A stretch of DNA of 63,570 bases, filler included. It is 10 parts of 10 records of this genome, joined end to end, with 100 filler letters (N's around TTAATTAATTAA, not from the genome) between each part and the next. Parts side by side here need not be neighbours in the genome. Positions count along the whole stretch, not along the records: positions 11,542 to 15,574 come from SRR7504441_9292; positions 15,675 to 26,382 come from SRR7504441_9300; 8 more parts are not named here. The stretch is one strand, 5' to 3'. Of the stretch, positions 11,542 through 23,315 are shown piece after piece. Within the stretch, counting starts at the first letter, position 1, and every line of letters starts with the position of its first letter. Position numbers and translations under genes: made by a program. Below the pieces are notes generated by a model. That model was not told the DNA's origin. It saw only the letters and a list, made by a program, of their open reading frames with translations, and did no database searches.

Positions 11542-12103
11542 GATGCCGCGGACGAGCGGTATCATGCCGGCCAGGATCATCACTGCGCTAATCTTCATCC
11601 CAACAGTAGCTGCGGCCGGTGTGCCCGAAACTGCCGGCCGCTCGGGCTCCTGTTTGGAATAATCCAGCTCGGCTTGGTCGCACTCCAGCCCGGCGTTGGC
11701 AGCAGCCAGCGGCAGGTGAACCCCGGTGAACCCCGGGATCGAGTCCGAGACGAACGAGACCCAAACCCCGCCCACCACCAGCAGCTGCCCCCGGCTCGCC
11801 CCCCGCGGGGCACCCGGCGCACCTGGGCGGCCCGGCCCCAGAGTCCGTCCACACTGACACCGTTGCTGGCCAGGGCGCCCGAGAGGCCCATGAGCATGGT
11901 GGCGTGGGCCACGTGCTTGACGTGTCCGGTGAGCGCCAGCTTGGGGCTCTGTCCGGACTCTCGGGGGGGGGCGGGGTTAGGGTTAGGGTGAAGCCTACCT
12001 TGGCGATGGGTATGGTGAAGCCCTGGATCAGCCCCCCGGTGAAGACAATCACGCCGTGCGCCCCGAAGCACGCCGCCAGGTCGGCGCTGTCCATGCCCTG
12101 CAT
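11542..12103 (-). CDS. Hydroxylaminobenzene-mutase / styrene-oxide-isomerase-like 4-TM protein (3'-partial)
   Basis: Spliced product (introns 11949-11998 and 11785-11822) reads HGVIVFTGGLIQGFTIPIAKSPKLALTGHV...GGVWVSFVSDSIPGFTGVHLPLAA, resembling the family pattern GLLTGF..P...NPR.GL..HL as recalled. Confidence 0.6.
11974..11988 (+). repeat. Telomere-type (TTAGGG)2.5 repeat inside an intron
   Basis: GGGTTAGGGTTAGGG within the minus-strand intron 11949-11998. Confidence 0.8.
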
Positions 12104-12185
12104 GATGCCCAACAGGAAGGACCTCGCAAGCCGTTGGACGAGAAAAAAACTGAAAAACGGCAAAAACCGCCACATCCAAACCGCG

Positions 12186-13866
12186 ATGGATATGGCTCCG
12201 CCCAGTTCACCGTCACGCGGCCAGGAATGGCGCATCCTGAGCGACCGATCGCCCCAGCCGACCACCCCGGTCAAACGCTGGTCGGACGACCGGCAGGAGG
12301 ACGGAGCCCAGCGCTCGCCGCTCCGGCGGCTCAAGGCGCCGCCCAAGACAAAGATGAAGCAGGCCCGCAAGCCCAAGGACCGCTTCATCCCACGACGGCG
12401 CGACGTGGACATTGAAGTATCGCACTTCAATTTGACAAAGCCGGCGACGGTCCCCGGGGAGGAGGACGACTACGAGAAGGCGCTGTCTAGCTCGCTTCTC
12501 GGGGCAGGCTGCGCTGGAGCAGAAGACCCGCGGGGGCGCAAGTCGCGGGTGCTCAACTTCGGGGGTCCGGTGACTGGAGCAGGGATGTGCGACCAGCAAG
12601 GGACGGCCGGCTCGATCTGGTCGCTGGCCCGGCGAGACAGGGACCCGTTGGTCGGTGGACGCAAGCCCAAGCCTATGCGATACATCGCCCAGGTAGCCTG
12701 CGCTGGGCCCAGGCCGAACTGTGAGGCCAGGCCCCGGAGAGAATCCTGGACGCGCCCGAGCTGCTGGACGACTTTTACCTGAATCTACTCGACTGGAGCC
12801 AGAGAAATGTGGTTGCAATTGCGCTGGGCCAGACAGTATATATGTGGAACGCTGGGACTGGGGAGATCACCCAGCTGATGGAGACCACCGAAGAGGGGAA
12901 TCACATTACCTCAGTCCGTTGGGGTGGTGGGGGCGCCTACCTGGCAATAGGGACAAGCAACGCGAGTGTGCAGCTGTGGGACTCGGAGACTTGCCGGCAG
13001 GTGCGAGTGATGAGAGGGCACGAGGCTCGAGTAGGCGCGTTAGACTGGAACGAGCATTTGCTGTCCACTGGCAGCCGGGATTGCTCGATTCTAAACCACG
13101 ACGTGAGGGTGGCCAACCACGTTGTGAGCGCGGTCCACTCGCATAACCAAGAGGTGTGTGGGCTGCGTTGGAGCGGGAGCGGCACACAGCTCGCCTCGGG
13201 CGGGAACGACAATTTGCTCAGTATCTGGGACCTTCAGGGCTCTCAGACACGATATAATCTCACCCAGCACCAAGCGGCCGTCAAGGCGATTGCATGGTGC
13301 CCTTTTGAGCCAAACCTGCTAGCTTCAGGGGGCGGTACCGGCTCGGCTCCGAACTGGCTCACTGGGTTCAGGGACAAGCGATCGGACCATACGCTTCTGG
13401 AACACTCAGAGCGGAGCTTGTATGAACACAATAGATACCAAGTGACTGGCAAGCCTTGGCTGGTTTTGAGCATCCGGCAGGTCTCAGGTATGCTCGCTAT
13501 TGTGGTCCAAGAAGAACCGGGAGCTGCTTTCGTCGCATGGTGCTCCTGCCAGTGGGTGCGGACTGACCGGCTGGGCCGCAGGGTTTTCTCAGAATCAGCT
13601 GACGCTATGGAAATACCCCACAATGAACAAAGTGACAGAGCTCACGGGGCACACATCCAGGGTGCTGCACACAGCGCTGTCGGCTGATGGAACAACTGTG
13701 GTGAGCGCCGCAGCCGATGAGACACTCCGGTGGGTATGGATGACTCATACCGATGATGATGGCTGGTGGAAGGTTCTGGAAGGTGTTTGAGGACAGTTCT
13801 AGCAGCAAAGATCGAAGCAAACCTGAGAACCAGGCGCGGGCATCCAAACACATGTGCATCAGATAG
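12186..13866 (+). CDS. CDC20: APC/C activator CDC20/Fizzy
   Basis: C-box [35 protein letters not shown]40 repeats, LASGGGTSD, C-terminal IR tail. Five GT-AG introns of 37-43 nt. Confidence 0.95.
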
Positions 13867-14392
13867 TGGCAAGGTCGCAAGGCATGGGTCCAGGTAAGTG
13901 CCACAGGTGCCACGTCACTGTGATTGATTTAGCTCGTAATAGTTCAGTGGCCGCCCGGGTAAGTTCGCAGGTTTTAAGAAGAGGACCGGACCGGCGCTCC
14001 GCGGGTGGAGCTGATCTCGAGTATCTCACCAGGCATAGTAGCCAAACAGAAGGAGAATCGATCTACTCTGAGGATCTGATGAACCAAAAGGGATCATGGA
14101 GTTTAATCACGCACCCCATGGCGACCAGAACAGCCTCGCAAGAGCGTAGTAATACATGTACACCTTCCAATTGCAAGGAACCTTCAAGTTTGACGCCGAT
14201 TCCATGCCTTGATTTGTTATTGATTTGCTGACGCGTTGACTTTGCAATAAAGCGCATAAATTTCATGCATATATAGTTCATTACAATGTAAGCTTCAAGA
14301 CGTGCATTGTAAAGGTTAAAAGATGCACAATTGATCATTCCCTTGACCATGAAGCTTAATCGGACCCTGTCCGCTCATCATTGCCTTTGGGA

Positions 14393-15532
14393 TCAGCCGG
14401 CCTCCGGCAGGAGGTCAGCGGCGCATCGAAACCCGAGATTACCCGCCGCGCTATCCGCCGAGTTCTGGCTGCGTGCGGCCGTCCTGTACCGGTAGCAGTA
14501 GGATTTGTGGCACATGTAAGACCCTCCCTTCTTCACCTGCAGAGCGGTCAGCTCGCAGCCAGCCCGGCCACTGCCTTGTCAGTTGGGCCGGCCGGGTCTC
14601 CAGCTTTTGGGCCAGTCGGATTGCGCTGCCCTGAGTCAGCCCGGCAGACCAGCAGGGCTGCCTGCACTCCTGCGGCCGAATGCCTCGTAGTCCAAAAGTC
14701 AGCCACCCACTCCCAGGCATTCCCGAGCATGTTCTTGACGCCTGCCCCAGCTGAGCACCACCATGCCGCGAGCCACCGTATGCGTTCTGCGCCGGGTAAG
14801 CGTCTACTGGGGCCAGCCGTTCGTAGCCATCGTCGCCGGTGTTGTTCTTTGGGAACTCTCCGTGCCAAATGTTAGCCCGGTGCTCGCCGCGCGGGTGCAG
14901 CAGGTTGCCCCACGGGAAGGTCCGGTCTGCCCCACCGCTCATCCCCAGGCCTGCCGCCAGTCCAGCCGCCTTCCTTGCCGCCGCGAGCAGCCTTCTCCCA
15001 CTCAGCTTCGGTAGGCAGCCGGCGCCCCAGCCACTTGCAATAGGCCACCTGCAGCAGGCTGACATTGACCGGCCGGGCTGAGGCACCGCGTCGTTCCAGG
15101 ACACGTGCACCACCGGCTGCTGCATTCTGTCGGTGCCGATTACATCAGAGTCGACCCCTTCAGGGTGCCGCCAGGTCGCTCCGGGCACCTGCCCTCCAGC
15201 TCAGCCGCACCCGTCAAGCAGCAGCACCGGCAGCCACCACGGCGCGGCGGCCACGGCGTTGGTGATCTTGGCCGAGACCTCCGCCCGACTCAAAGGCCAC
15301 AGCCGGCGCGCATGCCTCGGGGCTGACGTGTGACTCAAAGACAAACGACCAACCGAAAGACTCGGATTCACTCTTGAAGCTAACCCGCGCTCAGTGGCGG
15401 CACCTCCGGCCCGGGCACCCGGTGGCGGCCACGAACGCGGCCCACTGGGCGTTGCTCGCCTGCCCCAGCTCAGCTCGGCCGCCCCGGGCCTGTCGCCTCG
15501 GTCTCTTCGATCTGGAAGCTATCCACATAAAC
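14393..15532 (-). CDS. SUMF1: Formylglycine-generating enzyme (sulfatase-modifying factor 1), 5'-partial
   Basis: [72 protein letters not shown]. Nine introns of 35-43 nt, at least three GC-AG. Confidence 0.95.
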
Positions 15533-15574
15533 CTGCCGGCCCGTCCCCCCCCCCCCCCCCCCCGGGGGGGGGGG

Positions 15575-15674
15575 NNNNNNNNNNNNNNNNNNNNNNNNNN
15601 NNNNNNNNNNNNNNNNNNTTAATTAATTAANNNNNNNNNNNNNNNNNNNNNNNNNNNNNNNNNNNNNNNNNNNN
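15575..15674. other. Artificial contig spacer
   Basis: 44N + TTAATTAATTAA + 44N. Confidence 0.98.
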
Positions 15675-16070
15675 CCAGGAGAGTCTTCAAGAGCACTGAG
15701 GATGCGGAGCGCAAGCTCAAGGCAGATGTGAGGAATCCCAAGGCATGGCTGTGAAGCCGAAGAGAAAACGTCGAAAGCGCAGGTAGCCTTCGCGGGTTTG
15801 ATCGGCGCGCCACTCCACGAAGCGACCAAGCATGGCCTCCCATTTCTTGTCATCCTGCTTAACCCCTTGTGTGCAGGGCGGCAGATCGCTACCATAACGC
15901 GCAAGCTGCAAGAGCTGCAGGCCCAAGAGCAGGAGCTCGAGGAGCTCCAGGAGCAGCTCTCAGCGGAGGCCAACGCATTGGCAGTTTGGCACAAGCGGCG
16001 GCCGACGCGAAAGCGGCAAAAGCGGCCAGCCCGTACCCCCAGCTACTGGAGGATTACGAGCCGCTTTTGA
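15675..16070 (+). CDS. 3' fragment of a coiled-coil protein gene
   Basis: Heptad-like IATITRKLQELQAQEQELEELQEQL after a CAG acceptor. Exon structure and end unresolved. Confidence 0.35.
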
Positions 16071-16228
16071 CGGTAGATGATATAGCTCGCTCACACTGGG
16101 AGGGTTGGGACTCTGGGAGGGTTGGGGCACGGAATCGATGTGAGAGCACGTGCCACTGGCTCGCGTCGGAGGGCTCAATTGCTGAATTGCAAAGAACAAA
16201 AACAACAATTTTGCGTCAAAGAAAATCC

Positions 16229-17580
16229 ATGGAGAGTGATCAGTCAGCCGTGGTCGTATTCGACGGCGGGTCACTCGATGCCCGGCTCGGACTGGCCGGG
16301 AGCCTGCAGCCGGCGCGCGTGTTCCCAAACCTGGTCTACCTGCCGCCCGACGGCCCGCGGCTCGGGTGCCCCGCCCCGGCTAGCGGCCGGCGACTGTGAG
16401 GTGCAGGCCGTGCCCGAGCGCCCGGGACGTCTGGGTGGGTACCAAGCGGTACGGTGGGCACGTGGCGGTGTCGCCAGTGCAGGGATCGCAAGTGACCGAC
16501 TGGGACGCGATGGAGCGGTGCCCAGGCCTCCCGGCGGGCTCAGCCGGCCGGCAGAGTCTACGAGCACGCCTTCCTGCGCCAGATCACAATCCCGCCGGAG
16601 GTCAGCGCCGGCCGCCAGCCCGTGTAAACCGGCCGCAGGAGACCGACGGGCTTCTGCTCACGCAGCCGGCCCAAGGCGGCACCGAGACGCTCCACAGCGC
16701 GGCGCAGCTGGCGCTCGAGCGGTTCGGATTCCCAAACTTGCACGTGCGTGCGGCGGGTGGGTGGGGCCGAACGGGCGGCAGGTGTCGGTGGGGGCGGTGC
16801 TCGTGCTCTACACGGCCGGACGGGTGACGGGGTTGGGCGTGGACTGCGGACATGGCTCGACCAGCATTGTGCTGCTGCAGCCGGCGAGCGGCGAGCGGCG
16901 GGGGCAGGTTCCAGTGTACAGCGGACACAGGCTCGGGATGGGCGCATATAGGAGCGAGCTGGCCGGAGAGCTGATTGAGACCAAGCTGCGCGAGCGGCTG
17001 CGCCAGCAGACCGAGCTGTCGGGGTCGGAGGCTCGGGCTGTGAAAGAGGCTCTGTGTCGGCTGGAGCCTGGACCGGGGGGCGATTTCGAGTTGCCCGACG
17101 GCCGGTGGGTGCATGTCGGCGCGGCGGAGGTGCGGGCCATGGGCGGTGCGCGGCGAGCCTGGCTAGGCGTCGCTGCCGGAGCTGCTGTTGGAGGGGAGTG
17201 AGGGGCTGCCGGCATTGCTTCAGAGCAGCATGGCACAGTGCGCCCGGCAGCTGCAGGGGCAGCTGGCCAACAACATAGTGCTGGCCGGCGGGACGGGAGT
17301 AGGGCTGCGTGGGCTGGACGGCCGGATCCAGCAGGCAGTTCAGGGGAGCGCGGTGGTTGAGGTGTACCTGAGGGCCAGCCAGCCCCCCAACACAGGCCGG
17401 GCAGGCCACACCGGGCGGGGCGGCTGCGTGGGTCGGCGGGTCGATCTTGGCGTCGTTGCCCACGTTTGACGCATTCTGGATGAGTGCTGAAAGGTTTGGC
17501 TCCTGTTTGTGCTAGCTCAGCCGGTCGGCAGGTGGGCGGAGAATGGAGAGAGCGCCATTCACCGGATGATCAACATTTGA
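16229..17580 (+). CDS. Divergent actin-related protein
   Basis: VVVFDGGS..RLGLAG, VTDWDAME, LYTAGRVTGLGVDCGHGST.VPVY, FELPDG, NIVLAGG, AWVGGSILASL. Multiple ~40-nt introns. Confidence 0.88.
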
Positions 17581-18110
17581 GGGCATGACTCGTGCTAAGT
17601 GCGCACGCACCTAACGTCATGATGACATTGTGATGTCCAATATAAGCGAGGCGAGTAATGCTTGAGGGGTTGATTGAGAGGGCGGTTATTACCGTACGTG
17701 GCTAACACGGAGCATCATTTCCTGCACATTCAGTCTACACACGAACCCTCTGGTTTGAGTGGGTGGGCCGGCTTCTAAGGATATTCTAGGGAGGGGAAGG
17801 CTCATAAGTAATAAGGCCCCTAAATATCGGAAATGTATCGAATAGATTTTAGACCTTAAATATCGACCGGAAATACTCGATATTCTGACAGACCCTTAGC
17901 CGGCAGCTCACACCACCGTAGCTCACACCACTGTAGCTTGATGACGATGACCTGAGCCACCCACATGTACTGTACCGCTGTACCATGAGGTGCAGGCCTG
18001 CAGTTGCAGTGCACGTCACGTCACAACTTTCATCTTTGTGCGAACGCTGCGCAGTGCCTGGCCTGCGCTGCGAGACGTTTGTGAGCCACACTGGGGAGCG
18101 CGGAGATGGC

Positions 18111-21100
18111 ATGAGTGCGGAAGCCCAGGCCTGGATCCAGGACCGACTGGTCCCGGCCGGCTCGCTCAGCCCCAAGCACGCCGGCCCGATCAATGACGTG
18201 GTGTGGCTGGCCGCGGCCGACGTGCGGTGTCCCCCTGGGCCGACCCGATGCTGGCGGGCAGGCTCTAGTCACCTGCAGCGAGGATATGACTGTCCGGCTG
18301 TGGGCCGGGCAACACGACGGCCAGTACCTCCAAGCGGCGCTGTACCAGACCGAGGCTGCCCCGTGCTCGCTGTCGTGGGATGGCTGCCGCCAATGGGTGC
18401 GCCGCCGATCGTCGCGGCGGCAGTGGACCGGGGGGCAGGTGTTTGTCGGCCTGGACAACGGGCAGCTCTCTGTGCTGGCGCTGGCCCCGGACTTTGGTCA
18501 GTTTCACCTGGTCACCTGCTTCCCGCTGCACGAGGATCGGGTCACTGCCATCCGGTGCGGCCGGTGCGCTGGCTGGGCTCACACCGACCGCAGGTTCGAC
18601 CCGGTGACCGACGCGGTGGTCACAGTCAGTCGGGACCGTGGGTTGTGCGTCTACGACATCAGCAAAGACCAGACCAGGGGAGGGCAGGTCGAGCCGGGGC
18701 CTCTGATCAGCTGCCAGCCGGTGGATGCAGGTGAGCAGCTCGTGGATCTCAGCCATCGAGCTGTACCATCCGCACCCGGACGTGCCTGTGGCGCTCTGTG
18801 CCACGTACGAGTCTGCCATACTGCTGGTCGACTGCCGGAAGCAAAATCCGAAAAGGGTGCACACACTCAACCAGCACGGAGGTTCGGTCCGCTGCCTTCA
18901 TTTCGACTTGAGGTGCCGGCTGCCGCCGAGGCGGACTGATGGTCTGGGCAGCTCCAAACTGCTATTTTCATCTGGGTTCGATATGAACATCATTCTGTGG
19001 CGGCTGGTGGGCACACAAGTCAAACTCGTCCAGCGATTGGTAGGCCATCGGAAGAAAGTCAACGGCGTGGCTTACGACTCCAAAAAGAACAGGGTGATAT
19101 CGGCGGGCGACGATGAAGCTATTTATGTTTGGGACCCGAACACGGCCAAGCCCACTTTCCACCTGCCGTTCGCGCACGAAGGGACGATAGATCACGTCAA
19201 GTGGGTTCTCGAGAAGAGGATGCTGATCACCTGCGGCGAGGACTTGCTGATCAAGCTGTGGCGATTCGAGGAAGACCTGCCCAACCCGGCGGAGATCAAC
19301 CAGAGCCTCACTTCGAGCGCGGCGCAGTGGATGCAGATGGGGGATCAGCCCGGGAGGGCAGCCACCGCCCGGAGTGATGAGCTCTTCCGTGGGTTCATGC
19401 GCGCGCTGTTGAGCTTTGTGAGTGCGGTGCTGAGTTGCCCATCGCTCACACTAGAGAATGGAAGCTGGCACGTCCAGACGCTGCTCACGGCCGTGGAGGA
19501 CCGGCTGCGAGCGAATGCGGAGGCAACTGAGGATGACGTGTACAATGTTCTGGAGCAAGCGGAAGGGTTCGTGATGTCGCGGCTGCATGCGCGAGTCTTC
19601 GCGAGCAGCAGTCACGACCAGCAGCTCGATGCTGCCTTGGACCAGAGGCTCAAGCAGCTCAGTTTCCTAAAGCCTGGACACCTAGAGATTCCTGATGACA
19701 TCTCCCTAGATTGTAGCGCCTTCCAGGAGGCAGAAAAGGCCTTGCAAGATATTAGCAGATGCACCATGCCAACGCAGATGATAGACTGCGTTGTTAAGTG
19801 TTGCAAATGCATCCACGAGGTGATCAAACATGCAAAGGAGCAGGCGTTCCTTCGCAAACACCAGATCCGAGCCGAGGAAGACAGCACAGAGGTCGACCAT
19901 GCGCAGGTGCAGCGTGACGCTCAGGCAGCTGCAGCCGGCGCCGGCGCTGATGAGTTCCTTCCGATCTTCATATATGTGGTGCTCAAGGCAAACCCACCAA
20001 AATTACACTCGAGTCTGCTGTACGTCCAGAGATTCCGTCTGCTTTCCAAGATGGGCAGCGAAGGCGGATGCTTCTTCACTCATTTGAGTAGCGCGGTATA
20101 CTTCCTCGAGAACCTGAAAGCAAGCTCATTGGCAATTGAGCCTGACGTTTTCGATTTTTACATTAACGGCTGCAAGGTGACATGCTGGGCTTGGCTTGCC
20201 ATGTTGAGCTGGTGGGGTGCAGGTAAGGGGGTTGAGAGTGGGGGAGCCTGTGATCAGGTCCAACTTGTTCCAGGAGGACGCGGATGTCAATGACACTTCC
20301 AATGCTGATGGTGGTCTGTTTGGTGATGCTGATGGTGGCCTGTTCGGCAATACAGAGAACACCCCAGCATTCAGGGGCCCTAACGCGTCTTCGAGGCGCA
20401 AAACACGAGACAACTTGTTCTCAGATCTTGATACGTCGCCATCCAGCTTGGAGACTAAGTCCAAGCTGCGCACAGGTACTGGCGGACCGGGCCAAGAGCC
20501 TCACTTGTGGCAGGGTTTGCAAATAAACAAGGATCATCTGAGCTGCTGTCGCATTTGCTTCATGCGATGGATGGGGACCTCGAGAGTGACAACCTGTTCA
20601 CATCTGCAAACAAGAATCTAGGTGCCACCCAGTCGGCTCATCGGATATTGCTCTGAGCTGCTGTGCTTGTTGAGCAGATGCCTCTCTACAAGCCAGCCCT
20701 GTCCGACCTCAGCCAGTGCAGGGCGACTCGAGTCAGGTCGCAGCAGCCGAGACGCTGCTGCGAGAGTTGGAGCTGGAGGGCGACGACGACGACCTGACCT
20801 TCCCAACTCCGGAGAGCTCGAGTCAACTTAAGCAAAAGGAAGCACCGCCGTCGCCAGCCCCGGGTGTCTTGGCGGTTTTCTGCTGGGTGTTTAATTGCTC
20901 CACAGGTGGGATTGCGCTGAAGGATGCCGCTGAGTCGCTAGCCAACTGCGACAATCCAGGTATTAGGCATTCTGTGTGATGAAACCGTGATGCCCCTGGA
21001 ACACAGGATTGCTGAATACGTGGTCTCTCCCAGCTGACAGAACCGACGATGATGATCTGCCAGTGCCAGTAGCCTGGGAGTCGCCACCACTGGAGCCTGA

Positions 21101-21621
21101 GCCAGGTCAGCTTGCCCTGTTGTGCTGCTTCTGACCAGTATGTGACAGACCACACGAGCCTGGATCCGGAGGACGAGGGCTTGCTGATTCCACCGGCGGC
21201 GGTCCTGGATGATTCGAGCAGCCCGAGGTCACCCACGGCTTCTAACACAACCAGCGACCAACCTGCGAGCAGCAGACGCAGTGCCATCACTGCCATGTTT
21301 GAGCAGAATATCGCTGCCGCAGAAGCCGAGCGGAAGACCCAGCATCAGCGGGCCAGGGAGAACAAGGGAGGGCTCGCAGAGGTCCAGCCGGAGCACGATG
21401 ATGTGTTGTTTAGTAGTGAGGAGCCTTCCGACGGCCCGGCCGGCCCGGAAGTCTCCTTTAGCGACGAACAGCCGGTCCATGTAGATGCTGGTGCTGATGA
21501 TAATGCGGAGTGCAATGGCGTGCCCGCAGAGCAGCAACCAGCTGCAGTGAGTGAAGGAGATGCCGACTCCCCGCGTGAGCGATCGGACTCGGCACGGGAC
21601 GATTTTTTTAGTGATATATAG
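18111..21621 (+). CDS. WDFY1/2-like WD40 propeller + VPS9 (Rab5-GEF) domain + acidic LF-motif tail
   Basis: SEDMTVRLW..DGQY, VGLDNG, HEDRVT (WDFY-like); GADEFLPIFIYVVLKANPP.L.S...Y..RF (VPS9). About 11 introns of 38-56 nt. Confidence 0.85.
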
Positions 21622-21823
21622 GCACGCTTGCTTGATAAAAGTAGGATATAAAGACCGAGCGGTCTCCGTTACAATCATGTAGGTCTTCGTGATCATGAAA
21701 ATTGACTCGAAAGTCTAACTAGATCGTAGTAAGATCGTAGATGGGGGCCGTTGAAGTGAGCCTAGAAGATACAATCATAGGTGTGACTTTGGACAGGGCA
21801 TTTTAAATTAAAGCTAATTTGAA

Positions 21824-23209
21824 TTAAAGCCATTGCATACGGGCCAAGTATCGTCGAAACGCTCGTGCCCTCTGTGCTTCCACAATCGCCGCCTGCTGTG
21901 CGTGCTCCGCCTTCTGCTTTCTATACCGCGTGGGGTTGTCATACTCGTCTCTAAAATCGGGATGTGGGTACTTGTGATGATCTACGCCTGGACCAAACCC
22001 TACTTCCAAATTCATCCTATGCAAGGCGGCTGCTATTGGCGCATCCATATCGCTGCCAGTCTTCGACTGCCAGCCGACATGAACAACATCATACCTTTCC
22101 TCTTCGGTCTCAGCATTTAGATAGGCTGGTGAGGTAAAAAGGGCGTGCAGTGTCACTTTGACGTGTCCGACATCCTCATGAGTCAGCCACGTTTCACTGG
22201 AGTGATCGAGCACTGGCAAAGGGCACTCTGCTACAGCGTATAAGGGCTCATAAACGACTTGATCTAGATCGGAGCCTGCGCCATCGTTCATGTACATCAT
22301 TGTAGTCTGATCCATCAGTGTGGTGCGCCGACCGTCAGGAATCAGTACAGTTACCCGAACTCTCAGCGTTTGTGGTAGGATCCACTCGCCGTTTGCACCT
22401 GGCCCATCACACAACTTTCCCTGCCAATCGTGACCGCACAACGGCCCTCCCACCGGGCTCTTGTCCCACAGCCTCAAAGCGCCGGTCAGGTCAGGATGCG
22501 ATCCACCTGGGTCTTCAGACCACTCTTTATCCAATTGAACGCATGACTCGTCCAAAACCTCCTGCGTCTGTGTGGCAATGAGTTTCCATGGCCCTGCAGG
22601 AAGCTTCTCGCGAAGGAACACGTCAACGAATAGAGTGAAATTCTCTGTCACCGGTGCCCGCAGCAGCGGACTTTCAAACATTTGGCAGACAGTGGAGCTT
22701 TGCACACGGCAGCAGTGAGTCCTCAGTGTCTCCTCACCATCCCACTCTCTCCCTAAGTGCTCCAATATCACCTCACCAGCACGATTTCCTGCAGGCGAGG
22801 CGTCCCGAAGCTCAGGGACTGTCAGCCCCATTGGCACGATATCACTGTCAGCCCAAAAGTGATGGTCTCGTGGCGTCTCTGAGAAGTGCAACTCAGTGGT
22901 CGAGTCACGGAAGGTTCGCTGCAACAGCCATCGTGCTACATACTGGCGCCAAATTGGTACTACGTCTGTCGCCCCGACCTCGACCCGCCCGATGGGCTCC
23001 AGTTTCGCCCGGTAGAGCTTCAACCACAGGGCAGAGGCTTCCTCCACGCCGCGCTTAAGTTCCTTGTCCACACAGCGAAGCAGGAGGAGCTGCCTGTCCA
23101 CGTTCCTGCCAGAGAGGTGCGTGATAATCAGTCTCGCAACGTCGTCCGGAAGGCCGGGTCCCCGGCGGTTGGCCTTTGCGAAGTAGGTGCGCAGGTGCTG
23201 CTGTCGCAT
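21824..23209 (-). CDS. F-box-like protein with unknown C-terminal domain
   Basis: LPDDVARLIITHL...LRCVDK...LWLKLY F-box pattern; intronless. Confidence 0.65.
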   Translation of the reverse strand: MRQQHLRTYFAKANRRGPGLPDDVARLIITHLSGRNVDRQLLLLRCVDKELKRGVEEASALWLKLYRAKLEPIGRVEVGATDVVPIWRQYVARWLLQRTFRDSTTELHFSETPRDHHFWADSDIVPMGLTVPELRDASPAGNRAGEVILEHLGREWDGEETLRTHCCRVQSSTVCQMFESPLLRAPVTENFTLFVDVFLREKLPAGPWKLIATQTQEVLDESCVQLDKEWSEDPGGSHPDLTGALRLWDKSPVGGPLCGHDWQGKLCDGPGANGEWILPQTLRVRVTVLIPDGRRTTLMDQTTMMYMNDGAGSDLDQVVYEPLYAVAECPLPVLDHSSETWLTHEDVGHVKVTLHALFTSPAYLNAETEEERYDVVHVGWQSKTGSDMDAPIAAALHRMNLEVGFGPGVDHHKYPHPDFRDEYDNPTRYRKQKAEHAQQAAIVEAQRARAFRRYLARMQWL

Positions 23210-23315
23210 GTGTTTTTTGACGCCGGGTGCCGGGCGGCCTGCCGTTAGACTAACGACGTCCGTTACGTAGTCTCGTCGAGGACTGCCGACGTTCGGTGGG
23301 TTACGTTTACAAGCC

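Noticed and set aside
15545-15574. Poly-C/poly-G palindromic run
   Set aside because: At a contig end inside an intron; likely a homopolymer assembly artefact.
1359-21682. Shared 13-mer TACAATCATGTAG at 1359 and 21670 in convergent gaps
   Set aside because: Only two exact copies in low-complexity AT-rich DNA; insufficient to call a regulatory element.
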